DNA of 63,723 nt from Bacteroidales bacterium (lineage in GTDB: Bacteria > Bacteroidota > Bacteroidia > Bacteroidales > VadinHA17). The translations under genes and the position numbers were made by a program. The stretch covers positions 1 to 63,723 of the forward strand of contig JAAYUS010000132.1 in assembly GCA_012517605.1 (NCBI GenBank). The letters run 5' to 3'. The notes beneath the pieces were generated by a model that saw only the letters and a list, made by a program, of their open reading frames with translations, ran no database searches and had not been told where the DNA came from. This document shows positions 20,285 through 29,439 of the stretch, in pieces (positions within the stretch are counted from its first letter, which is position 1; the number at the start of each line of letters is the position of its first letter).

Positions 20285-21580
20285 TCAGAGAAGATCATAA
20301 ACCTTTTCAAGAGCTATTCCCCTTGATCCCTTAACAAGGACAAAAGTACCCTTTAACGGCTTTTTTCTCAGATAATTTCTAAGTTCATTGACATCGGAGA
20401 AAGAAAGAAATCCAGTTCCCGACGATGCCTTTTTAAAATTGCTGCCAACAAGAAGGACTTTTTCGGCATTCAGCACTTTTACCTGTTCAACAAGCTTCAG
20501 ATGCTCTTCCTCGCTCTTTTCTCCCAGTTCGAGCATATCGCCAAGGATAACAGCTTTTTTGCCGGCTTTAAGCTCTGAAAACGATTTTATTGCAAGGGCC
20601 ATGCTTGTGGGGTTGGCATTATATGAATCACAGACGATAGTGTTATCGGGAGTAGTTTTTATCTGCGACCTGTTATTCCCGGGCTGATATTTTACGACCT
20701 CTTCAAGAATATCCTCCATTGATACGCCGAGGAATAACCCTGTTGCTATTGCTGCAGTGACATTTTCCAGATTATAGGAACCAAAAAGGGCAGTCTGGAT
20801 ATCATGGGTCCTATGCTGGTATTTAACCCTTACTGCCAGGTTCATCTCCGACGGCAAAGCTTCCACGACCAGATCAACCCCCGTTGGATTGGAATACGGA
20901 ACTCCCCTGTTGATAAGCTTATATATCTTCTCGGTAAGATATGGATTCTTGTCATTGTAAATTGCAATACCATTGACTTTTCTCAGGTATTCATAGAGTT
21001 CCGACTTTGCTTTCAGCACTCCTTCAAAGGAACCGAATCCTTCGATATGTGCATTCCCTATATTTGTAATTATGCCATAATCAGGCCGAGCAATGTTGCA
21101 AAGGGTTCTAATTTCGCCAATATGGTTTGCACCCATCTCCAGAATCATCATTTCAACATCCCGCGGAGCCGATAATATTGTCATCGGAAGGCCGATTTCA
21201 TTATTAAGGTTTCCTTTTGTATAATGCACCTTGAATTTTTTTGACATTATTGAAGCAATAAGCTCCTTGGTCGTTGTCTTCCCGTTGGTTCCCGTTATTG
21301 CAAGCACCTTTGCATTGGTCATTTTCCGGTGATGGGTTGCAAGGCCCATCAGTTCGAGCAGGGTATCATCAACAAGTATGGTTCTGTCGGTTTCAAATGC
21401 AGGATCGTCAATCACAGCATAAGAAGCCCCTTTATCCAGCGCTTCTTCAGCGTATTTGTTCCCGTTGAAATTCTGTCCCCACAGGGCGAAAAACAGCTGT
21501 CCTTTCTTTATTGTACGGGAATCCGTTGAGACTCCTGTTGATTCTTCAGTAAAAATCCTGTACAGATCTTCAGTCTTCAT
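20285..21580 (-). CDS. murF: UDP-N-acetylmuramoyl-tripeptide--D-alanyl-D-alanine ligase
   Basis: Mur ligase P-loop TGTNGKTTTKE. Also DSYNANP and typical length. Confidence 0.9.
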   Translation of the reverse strand: MKTEDLYRIFTEESTGVSTDSRTIKKGQLFFALWGQNFNGNKYAEEALDKGASYAVIDDPAFETDRTILVDDTLLELMGLATHHRKMTNAKVLAITGTNGKTTTKELIASIMSKKFKVHYTKGNLNNEIGLPMTILSAPRDVEMMILEMGANHIGEIRTLCNIARPDYGIITNIGNAHIEGFGSFEGVLKAKSELYEYLRKVNGIAIYNDKNPYLTEKIYKLINRGVPYSNPTGVDLVVEALPSEMNLAVRVKYQHRTHDIQTALFGSYNLENVTAAIATGLFLGVSMEDILEEVVKYQPGNNRSQIKTTPDNTIVCDSYNANPTSMALAIKSFSELKAGKKAVILGDMLELGEKSEEEHLKLVEQVKVLNAEKVLLVGSNFKKASSGTGFLSFSDVNELRNYLRKKPLKGTFVLVKGSRGIALEKVYDLL

Positions 21581-21600
21581 AAAGCGAATAATTACAGCAT

Positions 21601-21645
21601 AAATTTAAAAAAATAGCCTCACTATTTTTCAATAATGAGGCTATT
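21601..21645 (-). terminator. Rho-independent terminator of gldJ
   Basis: Perfect 10-bp stem AATAGCCTCA/TGAGGCTATT (21612-21621 / 21636-21645), followed on the minus strand by TTTTTAAATTT. Confidence 0.65.
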
Positions 21646-21665
21646 AATATTTATAAGGTGACATT

Positions 21666-23153
21666 TCAGAAACCCGAAGGGCTTCCAACCCTTATCATCG
21701 CACATCTGAAACCAATATCATCACGGCTGCTTTCCTGGTCGAGAAATCTTCTTGTTGAAGGATTGAGCCAGTATGCCCTGTCTTTCCAGGAACCGCCTTT
21801 GTAGACTCTGGCATTGTCATTAATAAGTGTTGTGAAATCCTGACCTTCCTGGGCATACATTCTTGCAGATCCTTTTTTATTGTCTTCTGTATTCCAGTCT
21901 GAGCCTGAAGGAATTGCTGATTGCAGATCACCATCACGGTAGTTCCGGTAATCACCTTTCTGGTAATTATACCTGTTTGCAACATCTTTATCCTGAACAG
22001 TATCAACATAGAGGCGGCCAAGCTTATCCTTGCTTACTATCTGGCCGTTGGCATCCCTCCTCAGGTCTGTGAATACATTTCCCCTGAAAGGATTGAAATC
22101 GTCAACATCTTCTGATGTAAGCGGGCGGTATACATCCTGAACCCATTCGTTGACATTTCCGGCCATGCAATAAAGACCATAGTCATTAGGCCAGTAAGAC
22201 TTTACATCAGTTGTTATGCTCCCGTTATCGTTAAGACTGCCGGCAACTCCCATCAGGTCACCCCTTCCACGGACGAAGTTCGCCATTATCTCACCCCTGT
22301 TTTTCTTTGCTGAATTTCTTACATTGTGTCCATCCCAGGGATAAATCCTTCTTTCATAAATGCGTTCCTCGAAAGTATTTCCCTTAAGAGAATATGCTGC
22401 AAATTCCCATTCTGCTTCTGTGGGAAGCCTGTAGGCCGGAAGCAGGACACCATCCTCAAAATTGGTCCTTCTTTCTGTCTGGTTCGGATTGAGACTTTCA
22501 CGTAACTGATTTACAACGCCTTCGTACTGACCTGCAAGGTATGCCTCGGTGTTGAAACTCTTTTCGTTAAGCTGATTTGGATCCGGATTAAGTTCACCCT
22601 CATCAATCAGTATCTGTTCGTTCACCCTGTCAGTTCTCCAGAGGCAGTAGTCATTGGCTTTAACCCAGCTTACACCAACTACAGGATAATTATTGTATGA
22701 CGGATGCCTGAAATAATACTGAACATAAGGATCGTTGAATCCCATCGGGCTTCTCCAGACAAGTGTGTCGGGCAATGCTCTTCTGTACACTTCAGGATAA
22801 TCCTTGTAAACCCTTCTCAGCCAGAACAGGTATTCGCGGTAATCAACGTTTCTCACCTCAGTCTCATCCATATAGAATGAAGATACGGTAACAGTTCTGG
22901 GTATATTGTTCCAGTCAAACATAACATCCTGCTCGACTCGTCCCATCGTGAAACGGCCGCCTTCAATAAGTACAAGACCCGGGCCTGTTTTCTGCTCTGC
23001 TCCTATGGCAACTTCAAATCCTCCGTTGTCGGGGTCATTATATCTCCACCCGGTTGTGGACGAAACATTTGAATTACCCTTCTTTCCACCCTTGCATGAG
23101 AAGAGGATGAGCGCTGCCATAAATATAACCGACAAGGTTCTGAATCTATACAT
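21666..23153 (-). CDS. gldJ: Gliding-motility/T9SS lipoprotein GldJ (FGE-sulfatase-fold domain)
   Basis: Lipobox LFSC. SUMF1/FGE-like motifs (GG.F.MG, NVNEWV, ..GGSW.D.., FRC). Sits next to murF, porU and porV as in Flavobacterium johnsoniae. Confidence 0.7.
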   Translation of the reverse strand: MYRFRTLSVIFMAALILFSCKGGKKGNSNVSSTTGWRYNDPDNGGFEVAIGAEQKTGPGLVLIEGGRFTMGRVEQDVMFDWNNIPRTVTVSSFYMDETEVRNVDYREYLFWLRRVYKDYPEVYRRALPDTLVWRSPMGFNDPYVQYYFRHPSYNNYPVVGVSWVKANDYCLWRTDRVNEQILIDEGELNPDPNQLNEKSFNTEAYLAGQYEGVVNQLRESLNPNQTERRTNFEDGVLLPAYRLPTEAEWEFAAYSLKGNTFEERIYERRIYPWDGHNVRNSAKKNRGEIMANFVRGRGDLMGVAGSLNDNGSITTDVKSYWPNDYGLYCMAGNVNEWVQDVYRPLTSEDVDDFNPFRGNVFTDLRRDANGQIVSKDKLGRLYVDTVQDKDVANRYNYQKGDYRNYRDGDLQSAIPSGSDWNTEDNKKGSARMYAQEGQDFTTLINDNARVYKGGSWKDRAYWLNPSTRRFLDQESSRDDIGFRCAMIRVGSPSGF

Positions 23154-23230
23154 AACTCGCTAATTTTTATCGCATTTAAGAATTTTCAAATATAAGATAT
23201 TCCTGAATTTTTTTTGGACATCAAATATAA

Positions 23231-24205
23231 CTACATAACAGGCAAATTTATTGTCCTGAATTTTATTCTTTTTTCAACTTTGTTCAAACTCAAGATTATT
23301 CCGGTTTGATGCAATAACGAAAATGGCATGAATGTATTGTGTGAACTGACATTAAACCTGTAATTATAATATACTGCAAGTCGCTCCTTCCTGAATGAGA
23401 AACCAGCCTGCAGGTTAAGGTTCTTATTGCTGTTGTAAATAAATACAAGATTTGCGGCAAGAGCATCGTCCGAAAGATCAGCCCCTGCGGCAGCTGCAAG
23501 AAAATCACCCTGCAGTTCGAATGAAGCTATCGGCCTCAATAAAAATCTTTTTTGCCTGCCTATAAAAACATCACCCATAAGGCTGATCGATAATTTCCTG
23601 TCGAGCCGTTCCTTCCCTTCACTGCTTATGCTCAGGCCCGGACGAGTCAGGTGGGAAACAGCAAAGCTTCCCGTTAAATTCCTGTAAATGAATACAAATC
23701 CCGTTCCTGCATCAAAAGCAGTCGCGTTTGCATTTTCAATAATTTCAGAAGGAGGAAGCGATACTCTTCCCATTGCATCAATCTGATCGGGGAAAACGGC
23801 ATCACCGAAATTATAGCCCCTGTGATAAAATGATGCCGAGAGTCCTGCATTAATGAACAACTCCCTTCCTGCCTGCAGAAAATATGAGTAGGACATTCCT
23901 CCTCGCAGATCATTCAGTATCCCACCCAGATAGTCGTTAGAAATGAAAAAACCGGCTCCCCCGTGAAGTATATCAAAATAGGAATCATATGACAGATACC
24001 CGGTATGAAAATTATAATGATTACCCGGGTAAAAATTCATATACGAAATTCTAAGAGAGCCGTCAGCGCCCGAACCCGTGAAAGCCGGATTAACCGCCAT
24101 ATATGATTGAAAACCAGGAAAATAACTCGTTTCCTGACCCTCAGCCAGAACAAAAAATCCTGTCATAAAAGCAAATAAAAGGAAATATCGTCCCCTGTGT
24201 TTCAT
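23231..24205 (-). CDS. PorP/SprF-family T9SS outer-membrane beta-barrel protein
   Basis: Signal peptide followed by the family-typical Q....Y....NPAFTG start. Alternating beta-strand pattern, ~320 aa. Divergent from porU. Confidence 0.7.
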   Translation of the reverse strand: MKHRGRYFLLFAFMTGFFVLAEGQETSYFPGFQSYMAVNPAFTGSGADGSLRISYMNFYPGNHYNFHTGYLSYDSYFDILHGGAGFFISNDYLGGILNDLRGGMSYSYFLQAGRELFINAGLSASFYHRGYNFGDAVFPDQIDAMGRVSLPPSEIIENANATAFDAGTGFVFIYRNLTGSFAVSHLTRPGLSISSEGKERLDRKLSISLMGDVFIGRQKRFLLRPIASFELQGDFLAAAAGADLSDDALAANLVFIYNSNKNLNLQAGFSFRKERLAVYYNYRFNVSSHNTFMPFSLLHQTGIILSLNKVEKRIKFRTINLPVM

Positions 24206-24315
24206 CAGCAGCTGATTTTCGGATAGCGGAAAATCCTGAAATCAAATTCACGAATAATTTCAAATCACAAAATAAACCAAAAACCTGAACTACATTTCTA
24301 TCTTTGACCTTAATT

Positions 24316-27300
24316 ATGATGAAACAGTCACGGATATTGTTATTCCTGGTCATCATCGTATCCTGTTCTGGTTTAGTCCGGGGTGGAGAAGGCAATTATT
24401 CATCCTCTTCTGTGCTGGCATCCGGTAAATGGTTTAAGATACCCATAACCGGCGACGGCATTTACAGGATAGACTATTCAAAACTGAAACAGCTCGGATT
24501 AACTGATCCTTCAAATCCGAAGATATTCACCAACAACTGCGGGCAGTTGTCATATTATAATGATGGTACTGCTCCAGATGATCTCAGGGAAATTGCTGTT
24601 TTTACATCGAAAGGGAATGACGGGATCTTCAATGAAGGTGATTATCTGCTGTTTTACGGTCAGGGTACGGGAAGATGGATATTTAACAGTGCAACCGGAG
24701 ACTTCAGCTATCTCAGACATAATTATTCAGATTCGGCTTTTTATTTCCTGACATCAGGAGGCAGGCAGGGAAACAGAAGTGCTGCCGCTGAAATGGCGGC
24801 ATCTCAGCCGAATCATTTCTCATCATCATCCGATGCTCTTTTCATACATGAGGAAGAATCTGAAAATCTGTTGCATTCAGGAAGGGAGTGGTACCAGCCT
24901 GTAAGTTCTTCAAAAGAGACAATCATTGAGACCGGCTTCAGTGACCTGACAACGGCAGAAAAAATAAATTACAAACTTAGAGTACTGGCAAGAAGCTCAT
25001 CATCAACCTCTTTCAGACTTTCAGAAAACGGAACTGCAGTCGGCAATGTAACTGTACCTGGCATCGATCCGTCCTCATCGACGGGCATCTATGCACAATC
25101 TGCCATGCTTGAAGGCGATTTTGCACCATCATCCGGCAGTCCTGTCTTAAACCTTCAGTTCCTGAATAACGGGTCAGTCTCAGCCACGGGCTGGATCGAC
25201 TATGTTATCGTCCATGCCAGAAAGTATAATAAATTTGATGGAAAGACTTCATTTTATATGGATTCCGGTTCCGTCGGACAGGGGATTGTTACAGAATTCA
25301 CAATAACCAGTTCTGTCGGAAATGTTACTGTCTGGGATGTAACCGACCCTTTTTCAGTAAAAACGATTCCTTATTCAGTTTCAGGGAACAACCTCATTTT
25401 CAGAATGGAGACTGATTCGCTGAGACGTTTTGCGGCATTTACATCAAACAGTGTTATTACCCCTGAGACTTTTATTCCATTGCCTCCGCAGGATCTTCAT
25501 TCCTCCTCCCCTGCTGACATGATAATAGTGGCTCATCCCCTGTTCGTTCCATATGCCTTAAGGCTTGCCGGGATTCATGAGACCAACAGCGGACTTGTAT
25601 CCATGGTGGTAACACCGGTACAGATCTACAATGAATTTTCGGGAGGGACTCCTGATATTGCCGCAATCCGCAATTTCATCAGAATGAAATATATCGCTCA
25701 GAAGAATACGGCACGTCCGCTGAAATACCTTCTTCTTTTCGGGGATGGATCATACAACAACAGGATACTGCCGCCTGATAATCCCAACTTCGTAATGACA
25801 TACCAGTCGCTGAATTCAAATGTCCAGGTTTCCACCTTCACTTCAGACGATTTTTACGGACTTCTGGATGACGGTGAAGGTGAAGACACTGGCAGTGAAG
25901 ATATAGGGATAGGAAGAATACCCGTCAGCGATACTTCAGGTGCAAGGATAGCAGTATCGAAAATTGAAAGGTATCTGAACCAATCCTTTCAGGGTGACTG
26001 GAAAAATGTTGTTTGCCTGACAGCCGATGACGAGGACGGGAATACCCATGTTTCGGATGCGGAAGGACTTGCCGTAATTATTGAGGAGAAAGCACCCTGG
26101 ATGAACCTGAAAAAGATATATTTCGACTCCTTCAGGCAGGAGACAACACCGACCGGAGAGTTCTACCCGGATGTGGTTCAGGCCATTAATGGACAGATCA
26201 ATTCGGGAAGTCTGATCTTTAACTATATAGGACACGGGAATGAAACCAGTCTCGGCCACGAAAGAGTTGTAACACCTGAATCCATTTCCGCATGGAAAAA
26301 CATTGGCAGGCTTCCGCTTTTCATTACGGCAACATGCGAATTCAGCCGATTTGATGATGCTGAAAAAAACATTGCCACAGGCGCACTTCAGCCTAAAAAC
26401 TCTTCAGGGGAGAACATCCTGCTTAAAGAAGACGGCGGAGCCGTTGCCCTTATGTCTACATCGCGGCTGGTGTATTCCGCACCAAATTATGTTTTGAACA
26501 GGAACATCTTCGAAGTTGCATTCAGCCGTGGTGAGGATGGTGCAGGACTTCGTTTTGGCGATATTATAAGGCTGGCCAAGAACAGATCCGGGAACAATAC
26601 AAATAAACGTAATTTTGTGCTTCTCGGAGATCCCGCAGTAAGGCTGTCGTGGCCATGGCAGGGAACAGTTGTGACGGATTCGATTAATAATGTCCCGGCA
26701 ACTCAAAGCAGCGATACTCTTAAGGCGCTTTCAGTTATCAGTATTACAGGTCACGCAGCAGATGCCGCAGGGAACGACCTGAGTGATTTCAATGGCATCA
26801 TCACGATAGTGATCTATGACAAACCGGATGAAAAAGAAACACTTGCCAATGATGGTGGTCAGAAGTTCCATTACAACACCCGCGAAAACATACTTTTCAG
26901 CGGGAAGGCAAGGGCCAGAAACGGCAGGTTCAGGTTTTCCTTCATTGTTCCACGCGACATGGATTACACGTATGGAAAGGGAAAAATCAGTTATTATGCT
27001 TCTTACGGCGGAATGGAACTGACAGGAAATTATTCGGAAATAATTGCAGGAGGGTTCAGCAGTGCCCTCGATGCCGACAATGAAGGACCTGCCGTAAAAT
27101 TGTTCATTAACGACACACTTTTTAAAGATGGAGGTATTACAGATCGCAATCCCAGGCTTTTTGCCATCCTTGAAGATAAAAACGGTATAAATATTTCCGG
27201 AACCGGCATTGGACACGATATTATTTGCTGGCTCGATAATGACAGGGACAATTCTTTCATTCTTAACACTTATTTTGACTATGAAACCGGAAGCTATACA

Positions 27301-27738
27301 AAAGGGACTCTTGATTTCAGGCTGACCCGACTTGCCCCGGGAAAACATACACTGACTCTTAAGGCATGGGATAACTATAACAATTCAACCGAAAAATCGC
27401 TGGATTTCGTTGTCGGGGATGAGGACCGTTTAATTCTCAGGAACCTTATTAACTACCCGAATCCTTTTAAAAATACGACCTGGATTACAGCTGAGCATAA
27501 CAGGCCGGATGAATACCTTAACATAACAATCGAAATATTCAATACTTCGGGAAAGCTTGTCAGGGTGCTGAAAGAATCGGAATATTCGACTGGTTACCGG
27601 CTTTATCCCATTGAATGGGATGGCTCAGGCCCGGGAGGAAGCGGGAAAATCAGGAGCGGACTGTATCCCTACAGGCTCACTGTTGTATCCGGAAAAGGCG
27701 AAACTGCCACTGTTTCAGGAAGAATGATCATTTATTGA
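24316..27738 (+). CDS. porU: T9SS C-terminal signal peptidase/sortase PorU (C25-like)
   Basis: ~1140 aa with a gingipain/C25-like central region (LLFGDGSYNN.., FNYIGHGN, FITATCEF). The C-terminus NYPNPFKN...GLYPYRL is a type-A T9SS CTD. Immediately followed by porV. The ORF-track start at 24304 is TTG, so the ATG at 24316 is preferred. Confidence 0.8.
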   Translation: MMKQSRILLFLVIIVSCSGLVRGGEGNYSSSSVLASGKWFKIPITGDGIYRIDYSKLKQLGLTDPSNPKIFTNNCGQLSYYNDGTAPDDLREIAVFTSKGNDGIFNEGDYLLFYGQGTGRWIFNSATGDFSYLRHNYSDSAFYFLTSGGRQGNRSAAAEMAASQPNHFSSSSDALFIHEEESENLLHSGREWYQPVSSSKETIIETGFSDLTTAEKINYKLRVLARSSSSTSFRLSENGTAVGNVTVPGIDPSSSTGIYAQSAMLEGDFAPSSGSPVLNLQFLNNGSVSATGWIDYVIVHARKYNKFDGKTSFYMDSGSVGQGIVTEFTITSSVGNVTVWDVTDPFSVKTIPYSVSGNNLIFRMETDSLRRFAAFTSNSVITPETFIPLPPQDLHSSSPADMIIVAHPLFVPYALRLAGIHETNSGLVSMVVTPVQIYNEFSGGTPDIAAIRNFIRMKYIAQKNTARPLKYLLLFGDGSYNNRILPPDNPNFVMTYQSLNSNVQVSTFTSDDFYGLLDDGEGEDTGSEDIGIGRIPVSDTSGARIAVSKIERYLNQSFQGDWKNVVCLTADDEDGNTHVSDAEGLAVIIEEKAPWMNLKKIYFDSFRQETTPTGEFYPDVVQAINGQINSGSLIFNYIGHGNETSLGHERVVTPESISAWKNIGRLPLFITATCEFSRFDDAEKNIATGALQPKNSSGENILLKEDGGAVALMSTSRLVYSAPNYVLNRNIFEVAFSRGEDGAGLRFGDIIRLAKNRSGNNTNKRNFVLLGDPAVRLSWPWQGTVVTDSINNVPATQSSDTLKALSVISITGHAADAAGNDLSDFNGIITIVIYDKPDEKETLANDGGQKFHYNTRENILFSGKARARNGRFRFSFIVPRDMDYTYGKGKISYYASYGGMELTGNYSEIIAGGFSSALDADNEGPAVKLFINDTLFKDGGITDRNPRLFAILEDKNGINISGTGIGHDIICWLDNDRDNSFILNTYFDYETGSYTKGTLDFRLTRLAPGKHTLTLKAWDNYNNSTEKSLDFVVGDEDRLILRNLINYPNPFKNTTWITAEHNRPDEYLNITIEIFNTSGKLVRVLKESEYSTGYRLYPIEWDGSGPGGSGKIRSGLYPYRLTVVSGKGETATVSGRMIIY

Positions 27739-27805
27739 TCATCACACAATAAGTCGCCTGATAATTTGTTTTATATTTGTAACTTCTAAAAATTTAAATA
27801 TCAGC

Positions 27806-28960
27806 ATGAAGAAAAAAATTACTCCTGCTATTTTTTTGTTATTATTATTAGTGTCTGGAGCTCAGGGTTTATATGCCCAGGAACTTAATGCCATTCAGAC
27901 AGTTGTTCCGTTCCTTACGATTGCCCCTGATTCAAGATCCGGAGCGATGGGCGATGTAGGGGTGGCAACGACGCCCGATGTCTACAGCCAGCACTGGAAT
28001 CCTGCAAAATTCGCTTTTATTGATGGCAAAGCCGGGGTTGGCATTTCCTACTCCCCATGGCTCAGGAACCTCGTTCCTGATATCAACATTGCCTATCTTA
28101 CAGGATATTACCGCATCGATAAGAAACAGGTTGCCAGCGCCAGTTTGCTGTATTCATCCCTTGGCGATGTGCCTTTCACTGATGAATTCGGTAATCTTGA
28201 ACGCAATTTCAAGCCTAACGAACTTGCTTTCGACGTCGGATATTCAAGGATATTCGCTGAACATTTTTCCGGAGGGATTGTGTTCAGGTTCATTTATTCG
28301 AATCTAACGGGCGGAACATATTCCGGTGGCGATGCGACAAAGGCCGGTACCTCATTTGCTGCTGATATCTCGGGATATTACAATAACAAGATATCGCTTT
28401 TCAGCAAGGACGGAAATGTCGCCTTCGGAGTGAACTTCTCCAATATAGGTTCAAAAATGAGCTATTCCGACGACCAGAAATCCGACTTCATTCCCATGAA
28501 TCTAAGGATCGGAGGATCTTCTTCTCTTGACCTTGATAATTTCAACAAGATTGCTCTCGCGATAGACTTCAATAAACTTCTTGTACCAACACCACCTATC
28601 TATAATAATGACATGGAAATAATCGACGGGAAGGACCCAAACGTATCCGTACCCGTTGCAATTTTCCAGTCATTTTATGATGCTCCGGGTGGTTTCAAGG
28701 AAGAGATACATGAAATAACATCCTCCATTGGTCTGGAATACTGGTACAACAACCAGTTTGCAATAAGAACCGGCTATTTCCATGAAAATGCAAGCAAAGG
28801 AAACAGGAAATATTTCACTGCCGGGGCAGGTTTCAGGCTTAAAGGTTTTGAGATAGATTTCTCATACCTTATGCCCACTGTTTCAAACCATCCTCTGGCA
28901 AGAACATTGCGCTTTTCACTTGCATTCGACATCAATGCACTGAGCAACAACGGCAGATAA
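27806..28960 (+). CDS. porV: T9SS outer-membrane shuttle protein PorV (LptO)
   Basis: Signal peptide followed by the PorV-typical N-terminus VPFLTIAPDSRSGAMGDVGVATTPD. ~384-aa beta-barrel adjacent to porU. Confidence 0.8.
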   Translation: MKKKITPAIFLLLLLVSGAQGLYAQELNAIQTVVPFLTIAPDSRSGAMGDVGVATTPDVYSQHWNPAKFAFIDGKAGVGISYSPWLRNLVPDINIAYLTGYYRIDKKQVASASLLYSSLGDVPFTDEFGNLERNFKPNELAFDVGYSRIFAEHFSGGIVFRFIYSNLTGGTYSGGDATKAGTSFAADISGYYNNKISLFSKDGNVAFGVNFSNIGSKMSYSDDQKSDFIPMNLRIGGSSSLDLDNFNKIALAIDFNKLLVPTPPIYNNDMEIIDGKDPNVSVPVAIFQSFYDAPGGFKEEIHEITSSIGLEYWYNNQFAIRTGYFHENASKGNRKYFTAGAGFRLKGFEIDFSYLMPTVSNHPLARTLRFSLAFDINALSNNGR

Positions 28961-28965
28961 GCATC

Positions 28966-29439
28966 ATGGGTTTCAGGATCGGCCAGGGAATCGATTTTCA
29001 CCGTCTTGCACCGGGTCTTGATTTATGGCTCGGAGGGGTAAAAATCCCTTCGGAACGGGGATGTATTGCCCATTCCGACGGGGATGTTCTTCTCCATGCC
29101 ATTTGTGATGCATTGCTTGGTGCTGCCGGATTAAGGGACATAGGATATCATTTCCCTGATAATGATCCTGCATATAAGAATATCGACAGTAAAATATTAC
29201 TTAAAAGGACTCTCGGTCTTATAAAAGAGAAAGGATTTTCAGTCAGTAATGTCGACAGTACGGTCTGTCTGGAAAAACCCAAAATAGCTCCGTTTGTACC
29301 TGAAATGAGAAAGACCATAGCTGAAATTCTCGGAATATCACCCGATGATGTTTCCGTCAAGGCAACAACGACCGAAAAAATGGGATTTACAGGCCGGGAA
29401 GAAGGCGCTGTGGCTCTAGCTGTTGCCTGTCTGATCTGA
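28966..29439 (+). CDS. ispF: 2-C-methyl-D-erythritol 2,4-cyclodiphosphate synthase
   Basis: FRIGQGIDFHRL, HSDGDVLLHAICDALLGA, 157 aa. Confidence 0.95.
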   Translation: MGFRIGQGIDFHRLAPGLDLWLGGVKIPSERGCIAHSDGDVLLHAICDALLGAAGLRDIGYHFPDNDPAYKNIDSKILLKRTLGLIKEKGFSVSNVDSTVCLEKPKIAPFVPEMRKTIAEILGISPDDVSVKATTTEKMGFTGREEGAVALAVACLI

